This document shows, one piece after another, positions 1 to 9,932 of a DNA stretch of 64,000 nucleotides. Source of the DNA: Candidatus Magasanikbacteria bacterium RIFOXYC2_FULL_42_28 (GTDB lineage Bacteria > Patescibacteriota > Patescibacteriia > Magasanikbacterales > GWA2-37-8); assembly GCA_001784435.1 (NCBI GenBank), contig MFQZ01000010.1, positions 169,960 through 233,959 of the forward strand. The letters run 5' to 3'. The notes under the pieces were generated by a model that saw only the letters and a list, made by a program, of their open reading frames with translations, had not been told where the DNA came from and ran no database searches. How positions within the stretch are numbered: the first letter of the stretch is position 1; each line of letters begins with the position of its first letter. The position numbers and the translations under genes were made by a program.

Positions 1-1715
1 ATGAGACGTGGAAGCAAAGTTTTCGCGGCGATCTATTTGGTGCCGGTCAACAAGCGATAGCATGGAGGATGACTGATACTTTAGGTTACGCAGAGCTTGC
101 CGGATTGGAAAATATTTCTCCAGACAGTTTATCATTTTTCTCTTCTGGTCCTTATGTTGATACAAGTATAGGCGAAAATTATCGCGATTATATTAACTAC
201 GAACCTTCAGTTTGCGCTGATAATGAAACAGACGGCGAAGATGATTGGCACGGAGTAATGGCGTATTTTGACCCGGATGCCAAACAATTAGTTGGTTACT
301 GGATGTATTATTGTGACCATTCTGGCGGTAATGGTCATATATCATATAATATTACAATCAAATTACGCAATTCTTGTCAGGGGGTGGCTGAAACTACTTT
401 TGACGCAACCGGCCGATCGGCCGGTTGGACTGATCGTTTATGGAAACGTAGTGATTTGACGACACAGGAAGGGCTGTCAGGCACTGTCGGATTTAATACT
501 TTATCCGCCCCGTTTGGTAGTATGCGTATAAAATCCGGTATAGATCCGTATGATAGTGCGAGCGTTTTTGGTAATTTAAGTAAATTACCGGTGTATCTGT
601 CACCTTCGTCTGGCGATAGTTTTCATTGTAACCCACTGGTGACTTCAGACCCGCCCGTAGGGTATAACGATTGTGTCTTTAATTATAGTTCAGCTTCTGT
701 GCCTCCGGCTACAGTTGGTTTGGCGTATGATAATATATTAGGTAGTCCATTATCAGGCGATTTGAATTTACGACAGGTTTTTGCTAAACCGTCATCTTAT
801 TATACATATAATTCTGGAAGTAGTTCTAATTATTATAAAGGTTATTCATCGTCAGCTCCTTTGTATAATGAAACTGGTACTGTTGGATCCGTCGATCGCG
901 CCCCCAAAATATATCCGGTAATAAATTGTGAATTGATTAATGGTGTGGAAAAATGTTTAGAAGGCGATATTGCCGGAGTTACCGTTAATAATAAATGGAG
1001 AAGCGGTGAAAATGCGGTAATCAACGCCAATCCGGCCGAAGCGTCTTTGCGTTTTTACGCTTTTGCTGATAGCAACCAAATGCCACTTCGGAGCGTAAGT
1101 ATTAATTGGGATGACGGGTCGCCAGTAGAGGCGCGCGGTTCTGGGTTTTATCGTAATCGGCGCGGGGCAGCAGACGGCGGATGTACTTATGTAAATAATA
1201 TCAGTGGCGTCGCGTCCAATTATTACTGTAGAAGGCCAGGTATATTTAAAAATCTGGACAATACTATAAATATTGATGCTCAATCTTTGGTAAGTGGGAG
1301 CGAAGGATGTGACAGTGACACTGATTGTCGTTATCTTTCTCAGTGTGTGGCCGAAGGCGCGACGCCACAGGATCCATTTGGCCCGCTTGAATTTGGTCGC
1401 ATTTTAAATCGGACCTGCGATAATAAATATTTTGAGTTTACCAATGTTTATGATTGTACGCGCGCTTCGGTTAATTATCGTCCGGCCACTGGTCGTGGTA
1501 CTACCGCTGGCGCGGATATTTGTGATGATAGCAGTATGACCAATGGTTGTTGTGAGTATACTCCCAAAGTTCAAGTTAAAGATAATTGGGGCTGGTGTAA
1601 CGGTGGGTTTTATGATGGTAATGATACTTCCGACGCAAGCGATGATAATTGTGCCATAAGTTCTGGCGCCTGGACACCATTCCGTGGTAAAATTTTAGTG
1701 CCACCCTCGCAATAA
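1..1715 (+). CDS. Cys/Gly/Asn/Tyr-rich hypothetical protein, 5'-truncated by window edge
   Basis: The ORF track starts at the first in-window ATG (69), but the same frame is open from nt 3 with no upstream stop, so the gene begins left of the window. Many Cys, no recognisable catalytic motif. Confidence 0.5.
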   Translation, partial: ETWKQSFRGDLFGAGQQAIAWRMTDTLGYAELAGLENISPDSLSFFSSGPYVDTSIGENYRDYINYEPSVCADNETDGEDDWHGVMAYFDPDAKQLVGYWMYYCDHSGGNGHISYNITIKLRNSCQGVAETTFDATGRSAGWTDRLWKRSDLTTQEGLSGTVGFNTLSAPFGSMRIKSGIDPYDSASVFGNLSKLPVYLSPSSGDSFHCNPLVTSDPPVGYNDCVFNYSSASVPPATVGLAYDNILGSPLSGDLNLRQVFAKPSSYYTYNSGSSSNYYKGYSSSAPLYNETGTVGSVDRAPKIYPVINCELINGVEKCLEGDIAGVTVNNKWRSGENAVINANPAEASLRFYAFADSNQMPLRSVSINWDDGSPVEARGSGFYRNRRGAADGGCTYVNNISGVASNYYCRRPGIFKNLDNTINIDAQSLVSGSEGCDSDTDCRYLSQCVAEGATPQDPFGPLEFGRILNRTCDNKYFEFTNVYDCTRASVNYRPATGRGTTAGADICDDSSMTNGCCEYTPKVQVKDNWGWCNGGFYDGNDTSDASDDNCAISSGAWTPFRGKILVPPSQ

Positions 1716-1765
1716 CCAATTTTATTTAATCACCAAAATCTGCTATAATTACTAAGGTTGAACCA

Positions 1766-1789
1766 ATGAAATTTTAATTTCATTGGCGA
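1766..1789. promoter_or_regulatory. perfect inverted repeat ccaatgaaat-ttta-atttcattgg between genes
   Basis: 10-bp perfect stem read directly. No T-run follows, so terminator versus operator is unresolved. Confidence 0.25.
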
Positions 1790-1883
1790 GACCTGACGTA
1801 ATTTCAAGCTACGCTTACAATACCCGCATGTTTAAGAGCTTATCATCAAAATTAAAATTCACTTAAATCACAGAAATATTTTT

Positions 1884-2273
1884 ATGCCCGAAGAAATTAT
1901 CACCACTAACGAAATTATGGATTTTTTGCGCGAAAATATGGTGATGCGCAAAGATTTTGATGGGTTGAAATCCGATTTTGAAATTGTTAAATCCGATGTG
2001 GCCATCTTGAAATCCGATGTGGCCACGCTTAAATCAGATGTGGCCATCTTGAAATCCGATGTCGCTGAATTGAAAGACAGTATTCGTGAAATAAATTCAC
2101 GTCTCGATCATATTGACAGTGAAATTACCGCAATAAAATCACGTTTAGACGCTTTAGAAAAATCAACTTTTGAAGACGCCAATGTTTATGCCAGCGATAT
2201 TTTGTTGTTAAAAAATAAAATGGCGTCATTAGAACAGCAGTTGGCGCGTCTGCAGGCGCAAGTAGCGCGGTAG
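1884..2273 (+). CDS. small coiled-coil protein with tandem heptad repeats (LKSDVAx)x5
   Basis: Translation shows LKSDFEIVKSDVAILKSDVATLKSDVAILKSDVAELK, encoded by 21-bp tandem DNA repeats. C-terminal region also heptad-like. No TM segment. Confidence 0.6.
   Translation: MPEEIITTNEIMDFLRENMVMRKDFDGLKSDFEIVKSDVAILKSDVATLKSDVAILKSDVAELKDSIREINSRLDHIDSEITAIKSRLDALEKSTFEDANVYASDILLLKNKMASLEQQLARLQAQVAR
1966..2090 (+). repeat. about 6 tandem 21-bp direct repeats (ttgaaatccgatgtggccatc-like) inside the CDS
   Basis: Read directly from sequence; in frame, giving heptad protein repeats. Confidence 0.8.
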
Positions 2274-2294
2274 GTAGTTGTATTCTATACCATC

Positions 2295-5200
2295 ATGAAA
2301 AGGAATTTATCACAAAAATTAAAATTCGCTTTCGCTTGGCTCGCCCCTCGTCGCAAATGGGGCATACTTAGCGTGTCCGCGCTGGCGGTTTTAATTTTTG
2401 CCGGCGTTATCCTTACCACCACTCCGGCCGCGGCGGATGTTCTGGATTATGTTAATCGGGCATTTGCTTGGATTAATTTTGCTGTTTCTCGGTTGTTTTT
2501 ATCACTCGCTCTCTTTTTGCTTACTTTTGTTATTCAAATTGCCGGCTATAACGGCTATATTGATTCGGTGGCGGTCAATGTCGGTTGGGTGATGGTGCGT
2601 GACTTGGTTAATATGGCGTTTGTAATATTTTTATTGGTTATCGCTTTTGGCACGATTTTGGGATTGGAACAATACGAATGGAAAAAGTTAATGGTCAAAT
2701 TTGTTTTGGCCGCTATTTTAGTGAATTTTTCCCGCGTGATTTGCGGACTGATGATAGACGTGGCGCAGGTGTTTATGACCACCTTTGTCAATGGCATCGC
2801 GGCCACGGCCGGCGGTAATTTGATAACGGCTTTTTCGGCTGACAAATTGTATAAATTTAACCCCGATACCAATGGCACCGAAATTAACGATACCGAGTCC
2901 TTTATCGCGAGCATCGCGGCGGTGATGTTCGCCGGCATGATGATGATGACGATGTTTGCCATCGCGGTGATGTTACTCGCGCGTTTGGTCGTGCTGTGGG
3001 TGTTGATTGTTTTGTCGCCCATGGCTTTTGCCTTAAATGTTATCCCCAAAACCGAAAAATACGCCCAAGAATGGTGGCAAGAATTTGGTCAAAATTTAGT
3101 CGCCGGTCCGATTTTAATATTTTTTATCTGGTTATCATTGGTAACCGTGGGCGGGGGCGATGTGGCCAAAGAAATTAGCGCGAACAATGTTGTTAAACAA
3201 GATAACAGCCAACAGCCCAAATCCGGCATTTCTGAAGTAATGGAATGGGAAAACATGGCCAGTTTCGCGATTGCCATCGGGATGTTGCTTGTCGGCGCGA
3301 AAATTACCCAGCAAATGTCCCCGCAAGGTGGACAGTTTGTCGGCAAAGCAGCGGAATTTGGGAAGAAGGTGGCAATGGTGGCGGCCGGAGCGACGACTGC
3401 GAAATGGGGGCTGAAAGCCGGTAAGGCAGCGGGTAAATTTGCTTTAATGGAAATACCTTATGGCGGAAATTTTTGGAAAGCGAAAGCAAAAACTGAATGG
3501 GAAAGCGCGAAAACCGCGATGTATGGTAAGGCCGCCGGTATAACCAAGGAAAGTACGGAATTGAATAATGCTGCTGGGGAAAAGCGAGAAAAAGCACAAT
3601 CATTGCGACAACTTGCGAAAACGGAGACCAATGACGTTAAGAAAAAGAAGTATGAAGAAGCAGCTGCTCTTGCTGAGAAAGAAATGGAAGATCTAGAAGC
3701 TCGGGCGCAAGAAGCAATGGCGCCGAGTCGTTTAAGCAAGCGCGGCAAGGCATTAAAGGCGCAAGCTGCCGCGAAGAAAAAAGAGTCCGAAGATTTGCGA
3801 CAACGGGCCGCGACGGCCACAACACCGGAAGCGCAAGCTGATTTGGAAGTCCAAGCCAAAGTCGCTGATACCGAAGCGACTGAATTGCGACGACAACAAG
3901 AAGAAGAAACCACTCGCGGTGGTGGCGGGATTGTTGGGGCAATAGTTAGACAACGCATCGGCTACATGAAGCAATTAAAAAAATCTGAAGGGCAAAGAGA
4001 AATTCGAGAGAAATTAGCTTTTAAAAGGGCATCTGGTGATTCCGGCGGCTGGATTTTTAATCGGTCGGATGGTCAAGTAAAAGATGCTTATCGTTACGAA
4101 AAAGGCATGTTGGAAGTTGAGGAAATGCGCAGTTCGGCCAAAGACAAAGAATATTCCGCGATTGGTAAATCCGGCGCGTTGGGTATGCGTCGCTATCGTG
4201 ATGGCCGTTTTTTGCCGGGTGCTACTATGGCCGAACAGATCGCTAAACATGGCCGTGGTAGCGCGAGAATGGAAAGTGTTTCCAAAACCATTCAAGCGGC
4301 GACCGAGCTAAAGATTGATTTGGCAGCCAAAGCGAAAATTGATGAAGTTGATGTCGCCAAAGCGGCCTTGGATGTTGGTTTGCAAACAACAGCAGAAAAA
4401 GAATTATTAGCGAAAAAAGCGCAAGCCGAAGAAGACGCGAAGACCGCTCAAGAAAGAATAGAAGCGGAATTCGCGCCGGCGATAACAGCGGCGCAGGTGG
4501 CTATTAATGATCCAAAAGCTGAGTTTAATAAAGATGTGGCAAAAGCGGAGGATGATTTAGTAGATTATAGAAAAAATAAAAAGGTAAACGATATATTGAC
4601 GACTGATGAGCAAACAAGGCAAGCTAATTTGGATAAAGAAGCGGCCGATTTGCAGACTGTTATCCAGAATAGTGAGCTTGCGATGCAAGAAGCATTTAAG
4701 AAATACCAGGAAGAACGTCGGGGAATAACTGACGCAGATGCGTTAAAAACAGCAGATGAAAAATTCAAAACAGACCATGGGAAAAGACAGAAAGAGGTTA
4801 ATGACAAAAAGAATGAACTAGAACAATTAGGTTCAAGGAGAAATAAGACAGCGGCAGAAGAAAAACTTGAGAAAAATTTAGAAGATGCTAAAACTGCCAG
4901 AGAGGCAAAAGGTGCCGAAAATGGGTATGATACTGTAAAAAAAGCTTTGGTAGATAAAGAAACAGAAAAACAAGAAAAATTTGAAAAAGCCAGGACCGGA
5001 ATAGTTGCTGCCCAAAAAGCGATCGATGCTTACACCAAAAAAGATCCAACAACAAAGAAGAGTATCCAAGATACTGACCGTGAAGCAGAATTTAAAGCCG
5101 ACCCGACCACCGGCTCTAAAGATTTTGCGACCAGAGAGGCCGAAGTAAAAGCTAGAAAAGCGGCTTTGGAAGCCAGTTTAAATACTGTTCCCGGCGCCGG

Positions 5201-7058
5201 TGATTTTATGGCCGCGGAACGCGCTACGGCAATGGAAGAACATGCCCACGCTGGTAAATTATCCATGCAAGGCGCGGCTTGGGGGTTAAAGGCAATGCAC
5301 GATGTGTTAACGGCGATTGATTTGGGCGAGCAAGGGAAAAAAGCCGGTGAAGAATTTATTAAAACTATCAAAGATAACCATTTAGCTAACTCTTTTAAAG
5401 CCGCGCGCAAAGAAATTGACGCGGTTATCGATAACTGGAAAAAAGCCGGAACCGGACAAATTAAATTTTTGGATGAAGAGGTGCGCCGTTTGAGTGCGCG
5501 CAATGCTTTTGTGGCCGCTTTGAATTATTCTGAAAAAAGCAAGATCACGGCTAAAGATAAAAACATGCGCGAAGCTCAAGCCGCTGATGTGGCTTCTAAC
5601 GCGGTTGTCAATATTCGCAAAGGCCGAGAATTACCGTCCGAAGCGATTGACGCGCTATATGAGGCCGAAGCCAAAGAATTAAGCGGTATGGAACGCGCGG
5701 ACGCGTCGGCCGCGGCCGCGGACACGATGTTTTATTTAATGGCGCAAAAAGAAGCCGGCCATGAATTATCGGCCGATGAAAAATCTTCGATTATGGGCGC
5801 GTGGACTAAGGTAGATTCAGAATCGTGGAATGATGATTTTGCGGATTATTTTATTCGTATGGTGGGTAGACACGAAAGTGGTGACAAGACCCTGACCGGT
5901 CAAAAAAAGGCCATTGCCGAACAGATGGCTAAATTTGCCAAAGATGCTAATTTGAAGTTTGAAAATGAAGTTGTTAATGGTGTAGAAACCGGCAGGAAAA
6001 AATTTGCCGGCGCGTATAATCGCGAAATGTCATCAATGTGGCAGACACTGGCCGCTACCGGTGGCGATACCAAATTATGGAACGCTCATAATGCCATTAA
6101 TCAAGAAGAAAAAGAAATGGGTAGCACCAAGTTTGATAGCAGTGGTGGCTATTGGGGGGCGGCCGAAAGATTGGCCGCGCGGGGTCAACTGGGTGGTTAT
6201 AGTTCAGTGGCTGAAATGGAAGCGGCTTATGGCCAAAATCAAGATGGTCTTAAATTTGCCGCTCGCAAATTTAAAGCCAATGGTATTGGCAATGGGCATT
6301 GGGAGTCGGTATTAAACCAAGAGTTTGATGATAGAAAAGGTATTTATCGGATTAATACCTTAAATACCGCTCAAGGCGGTTCAATTACGGAGATGGGTAA
6401 ACGCACCTTGAACGAATTACTGAAATTTCAGAATCATTCTGCCGGTGATTTTGATTTGACTACCGGGCTGATGCGCTCAATTGATTCTAATTTGTTCGGC
6501 GCGCTTACTGCCCAGATGAAAACTGAAAATGATGTTAAGTTTATGAATTTTCGTTCCATTATTAAATTGTTGGGTGGTCATGAATCTGAAACCGAACTGC
6601 GCACTTCCCGAGGCGGTAAAGATGGTGCTGATACCTATTATCATTTGGGCGGTGAAAAAATGTTGGGCACATTTATCGATAGGTTTGGAGATACCATGGA
6701 AGCGCGAGATAAAATGGATGAGCACCTGTTGGAGAATTTTATGGTTAAGGAGTTGTTGGGGAATAAAAGCGCGACGATGTTACTTTTACAGCGTACAATG
6801 AAATTGAATGATGATGACACAGCGCATGGAAATTTTAGAATTAAATTTGACGGTTCCATTGGTGAAGTTCAAGGTATTGAGGAATTAGTTAAAAAAGTAG
6901 AGGCGTTAAAAGCACAGGGTCGTCTTACTAGTGTTACTCCGGCAATGTTAAAACAGCTTCAAGATATGTTACCAGATTTTAAATCCGGTGTCATTGCCCA
7001 ATCAGGAGATCGTGGTGGCAAGAAAGACAAGAGTGACTCCACTGATTTTGGCGGATAA
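2295..7058 (+). CDS. giant (1587 aa) membrane protein: N-terminal signal/TM plus about 5-6 TM helices (first ~280 aa), then ~1300 aa highly charged Lys/Glu/Ala/Gln-rich predicted coiled coil and a C-terminal globular region; possibly VirB6/TrbL-like
   Basis: Hydrophobic segments visible in the first 280 residues of the translation; long low-complexity KEAQ-rich stretch. The VirB6/TrbL analogy rests on architecture and T4SS-like neighbours only. Confidence 0.45.
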   Translation: MKRNLSQKLKFAFAWLAPRRKWGILSVSALAVLIFAGVILTTTPAAADVLDYVNRAFAWINFAVSRLFLSLALFLLTFVIQIAGYNGYIDSVAVNVGWVMVRDLVNMAFVIFLLVIAFGTILGLEQYEWKKLMVKFVLAAILVNFSRVICGLMIDVAQVFMTTFVNGIAATAGGNLITAFSADKLYKFNPDTNGTEINDTESFIASIAAVMFAGMMMMTMFAIAVMLLARLVVLWVLIVLSPMAFALNVIPKTEKYAQEWWQEFGQNLVAGPILIFFIWLSLVTVGGGDVAKEISANNVVKQDNSQQPKSGISEVMEWENMASFAIAIGMLLVGAKITQQMSPQGGQFVGKAAEFGKKVAMVAAGATTAKWGLKAGKAAGKFALMEIPYGGNFWKAKAKTEWESAKTAMYGKAAGITKESTELNNAAGEKREKAQSLRQLAKTETNDVKKKKYEEAAALAEKEMEDLEARAQEAMAPSRLSKRGKALKAQAAAKKKESEDLRQRAATATTPEAQADLEVQAKVADTEATELRRQQEEETTRGGGGIVGAIVRQRIGYMKQLKKSEGQREIREKLAFKRASGDSGGWIFNRSDGQVKDAYRYEKGMLEVEEMRSSAKDKEYSAIGKSGALGMRRYRDGRFLPGATMAEQIAKHGRGSARMESVSKTIQAATELKIDLAAKAKIDEVDVAKAALDVGLQTTAEKELLAKKAQAEEDAKTAQERIEAEFAPAITAAQVAINDPKAEFNKDVAKAEDDLVDYRKNKKVNDILTTDEQTRQANLDKEAADLQTVIQNSELAMQEAFKKYQEERRGITDADALKTADEKFKTDHGKRQKEVNDKKNELEQLGSRRNKTAAEEKLEKNLEDAKTAREAKGAENGYDTVKKALVDKETEKQEKFEKARTGIVAAQKAIDAYTKKDPTTKKSIQDTDREAEFKADPTTGSKDFATREAEVKARKAALEASLNTVPGAGDFMAAERATAMEEHAHAGKLSMQGAAWGLKAMHDVLTAIDLGEQGKKAGEEFIKTIKDNHLANSFKAARKEIDAVIDNWKKAGTGQIKFLDEEVRRLSARNAFVAALNYSEKSKITAKDKNMREAQAADVASNAVVNIRKGRELPSEAIDALYEAEAKELSGMERADASAAAADTMFYLMAQKEAGHELSADEKSSIMGAWTKVDSESWNDDFADYFIRMVGRHESGDKTLTGQKKAIAEQMAKFAKDANLKFENEVVNGVETGRKKFAGAYNREMSSMWQTLAATGGDTKLWNAHNAINQEEKEMGSTKFDSSGGYWGAAERLAARGQLGGYSSVAEMEAAYGQNQDGLKFAARKFKANGIGNGHWESVLNQEFDDRKGIYRINTLNTAQGGSITEMGKRTLNELLKFQNHSAGDFDLTTGLMRSIDSNLFGALTAQMKTENDVKFMNFRSIIKLLGGHESETELRTSRGGKDGADTYYHLGGEKMLGTFIDRFGDTMEARDKMDEHLLENFMVKELLGNKSATMLLLQRTMKLNDDDTAHGNFRIKFDGSIGEVQGIEELVKKVEALKAQGRLTSVTPAMLKQLQDMLPDFKSGVIAQSGDRGGKKDKSDSTDFGG

Positions 7059-7085
7059 TAATTTAGATTTCTAGTCAATTTTAGT

Positions 7086-8540
7086 ATGAAAACAAAATTA
7101 TACAATTATCTGTATAATACCGGCGTGCCGATAAATGAGGTGTATACACCTTTATTGGCGTTGGCGAATAAATTTGCTTCGCCGTCGTCGAATAATTTTT
7201 GGCAAACCATTATTACTGTTTCTGATTATATGAAGGCGCGGTACCAAACAGAACAATGGTATCCGGAAAAGATTATTTTTGGTTTAGTAGAGTGGAAAAC
7301 CGCGAGTGATTTAGCCGCGTCTTTGGAGGCGATTGACCGTTTGCTCGCGCGTTCGGGCGTGTCGCTGGTGGACAACACTAAAACACGCGGTAAGTTTATT
7401 GGTTTAGAGTTGAATGATGCCACCTTAAAACATTGGGCCAGCGCTTATGATCTTGCCGATTCGGTTGTTAAAAATCGCGTTGATAGTGAGTTGCCGATAG
7501 CACTATCGCTTTTTGCGCGTCTTAACATTCAATTTCAAACCGTGGGCATGCTCATCAATTTACCGCTTGGCCCGGCTCTTTATTCTAAGGCAGAAGTGAA
7601 TAATTTTGTTAATGTTGGGGGGGCGGACTGTGATTTTGCTCGTTTGGTTTTCACTTTGCGGGAAATGTCAATTACCGATGCTCGCCACGAGGTCTATGTG
7701 ATTGTTAAAGAATTTTTATTAGCCGACCATTGTTTGAATAATGAAAATTTAGAATGGGAACAGGCGGTCTTATTGGTTTGGTCTTTGGGATTTATGTTTA
7801 ATGAATTTGAACGTTTGTCCTCCGAAGACCAGATTTGGTTAATCAATAATTATTATTATCGAGCGTTTGCGATTGGCGTGCCTTTAAAAATAATTTTACA
7901 ATCATACCTTCTATCATCGCGTTGGGTAGTTGAATATGTGCGGAAATGTTCGGCTTTAATTTTAAATATTGAGAATAATTCTGAAAATGTTTATTTTGGC
8001 GGTGAAGAAAATAATTCTGCCTTTGGTTTAATCAGCGCCGAATATCACCGTCGATTAGCGGACAAAATATCCGAGGGGCTGTCGGATCAAACTGTGGCCG
8101 AGGCCTTTGTTGCCGGTTTATTTGGCGGTGGATACGACGAGAGCGCGCCCACGTATTATCATTGGCTACAAGAAGCGTTAATAGTATACGTCGGCTTGAA
8201 AGAATCGACTTTGGTGGATTGGCTGAAAGATGGCGACTCACCGTTAAATTATGAAAATCGCGGAGAGTTGATCAAATTGTTGACTTATTTTGTTTATGGC
8301 GGAGAGTTTGTCAAGTTGGTGGAATATTTCCAAGATAAAAAATCAAAAGTTCCATTTAAAATATTTTTAAATTATATAAAAGACGCTGTTGATTTGTCGG
8401 TTGACGTGATTATTCAGAATTGTCTAGCGTTTGCCGAAGTGATGCGCGACAATGGTTTGCTATCTTCGGACGATGACCTAATCGAATATCACCAGGAGGA
8501 TGGCCAATTTTATTGGAATAAAAAATTGTTAAAACAGTAA
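7086..8540 (+). CDS. hypothetical soluble protein, paralog of the next gene
   Basis: Shared segments: LSSEDQIWLINNYYYRAFAIGVPLKIIL here versus LSSETQIELIKKFTLKALCWGVPLDKVL in the 8544 gene. Tightly linked, same strand. Confidence 0.5.
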   Translation: MKTKLYNYLYNTGVPINEVYTPLLALANKFASPSSNNFWQTIITVSDYMKARYQTEQWYPEKIIFGLVEWKTASDLAASLEAIDRLLARSGVSLVDNTKTRGKFIGLELNDATLKHWASAYDLADSVVKNRVDSELPIALSLFARLNIQFQTVGMLINLPLGPALYSKAEVNNFVNVGGADCDFARLVFTLREMSITDARHEVYVIVKEFLLADHCLNNENLEWEQAVLLVWSLGFMFNEFERLSSEDQIWLINNYYYRAFAIGVPLKIILQSYLLSSRWVVEYVRKCSALILNIENNSENVYFGGEENNSAFGLISAEYHRRLADKISEGLSDQTVAEAFVAGLFGGGYDESAPTYYHWLQEALIVYVGLKESTLVDWLKDGDSPLNYENRGELIKLLTYFVYGGEFVKLVEYFQDKKSKVPFKIFLNYIKDAVDLSVDVIIQNCLAFAEVMRDNGLLSSDDDLIEYHQEDGQFYWNKKLLKQ

Positions 8541-8543
8541 ATT

Positions 8544-9722
8544 ATGTCGGCATTTTATTTTTTACAATCATCTAGTCCGGAGACGTGGAAACAACGCGTC
8601 GATTTGTTGATAAGAATTGGGATGATAGCCGACGATTTATTTTTGGGGAAATGGGAGAATGATTCTGTCTGGGGCTGGTCAAAATTTTTAGTAGCTGATT
8701 TGGCAAAATTTAATAAAGAAAAGATTCCGTCTGATTGGCGGTATCAGTCGTTTTTTTACGCGTTGGTTGGTTTTTTGGATTTTTCTCTACTTGAAAAAAT
8801 TACCAATGAGTTGGATAAGTTGGCGCGTATTAAAATTGGCCCGGCATCAAAGGGGGCGACAATCATTAGTACTGTTTCTGAAGAATGGAACGCTTTGGGT
8901 GATTTTTTGGATTTGACACCAGCTGGCGGGGGTATTTTGAGGAACAAAGTAAGCGGATTAACGGCCGTTGAATTAGAAAAATTAACAGCCGATATGCGTG
9001 TGTTAGCGGATGATTATAATGATTTTCGCATTGTTTTTAAATTTGTGGCGACCGCGTTGCTTTATCATATTCCGCCCGTGCCGGCAGTTGATTTGGATGG
9101 TTTTAAATATGCTGTGTCGGTTCAAGCCGAACAGAAAAAAAATGATTTTAGTATTGATCACGGATTGCTTTGCACTAATTTTTTAGGGTGGTCGTTTTTA
9201 AAGCGGGATGAAAAAGTGATGCGTTGGGCCGCGGAATATCTGCGACAGTTTTCCGTCGAATCGATTAAATATGATAGTCCGTTTGATTTGATTTTTTTAA
9301 TTGGTATTTTACATTTAGCTTTTTATAATTTTACCGGATTATCATCTGAAACACAGATTGAGCTGATTAAAAAATTTACTCTGAAAGCGCTCTGTTGGGG
9401 GGTGCCGCTAGACAAAGTGTTGTTATCCAAGTCGGGCGAAGGATTGTCTGTCGCCACCGGCCCAAAAAATACGAGAGCGCTGTTTACTGCTTTAGAAAAT
9501 AGTGAGGAGACAATGAATTTTGGTTCTGATAAAGTTTTAATGAATGTTGGGCAATTTGTTAAGCAATTTTTATTGTCGGCTCATCGTGATTATGGGGGAT
9601 ACGCGCAGACCGAATATGTTGGAGACGCGATCAGAGAAAATCATTGGCCAGATGGCGCGCGTGTTTATTTATTCGCACTTTTAAAATGTTGTTTATATTT
9701 AAAAGCCGGCAGTTCCGCTTGA
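8544..9722 (+). CDS. hypothetical soluble protein, paralog of the 7086 gene
   Basis: See the previous feature; 4-nt intergenic gap. Confidence 0.5.
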   Translation: MSAFYFLQSSSPETWKQRVDLLIRIGMIADDLFLGKWENDSVWGWSKFLVADLAKFNKEKIPSDWRYQSFFYALVGFLDFSLLEKITNELDKLARIKIGPASKGATIISTVSEEWNALGDFLDLTPAGGGILRNKVSGLTAVELEKLTADMRVLADDYNDFRIVFKFVATALLYHIPPVPAVDLDGFKYAVSVQAEQKKNDFSIDHGLLCTNFLGWSFLKRDEKVMRWAAEYLRQFSVESIKYDSPFDLIFLIGILHLAFYNFTGLSSETQIELIKKFTLKALCWGVPLDKVLLSKSGEGLSVATGPKNTRALFTALENSEETMNFGSDKVLMNVGQFVKQFLLSAHRDYGGYAQTEYVGDAIRENHWPDGARVYLFALLKCCLYLKAGSSA

Positions 9723-9806
9723 AGTCAATTGGTGTTGTATCGCTTTAAAATATGGTAAACAGCAATTAGTCCGCTATTTTATTAAAAAAATCCACCCGCA
9801 CCATTT

Positions 9807-9899
9807 AAAACCTTTTAAGCATCCTTAAAAGGTTTTGTAAAAATAGGGTATGGCAGACGCGATTAGATACTTGACAGCGATGTGGTTAAATGTTACAAT
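9807..9899 (+). promoter_or_regulatory. copy 1 of palindrome+promoter element: aaaaccttttaag-catc-cttaaaaggtttt inverted repeat followed by TTGACA-N17-TACAAT
   Basis: Inverted repeat at 9807-9838; -35 TTGACA at 9871-9876 and -10 TACAAT at 9894-9899, read directly. Related copies at 11341 and 13074. Confidence 0.5.
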
Positions 9900-9932
9900 A
9901 ATAGGTATATATATACTTATAAATGTAAACTT

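Noticed and set aside
2555-5579. Many minus-strand ORFs (e.g. 2555-3049, 3458-3958, 5030-5503) inside the giant-protein gene
   Set aside because: They are antisense to a long, low-complexity coding region with a continuous 1587-codon frame. Their translations are low-complexity Ala/Ser/Phe-rich shadows with no start context.
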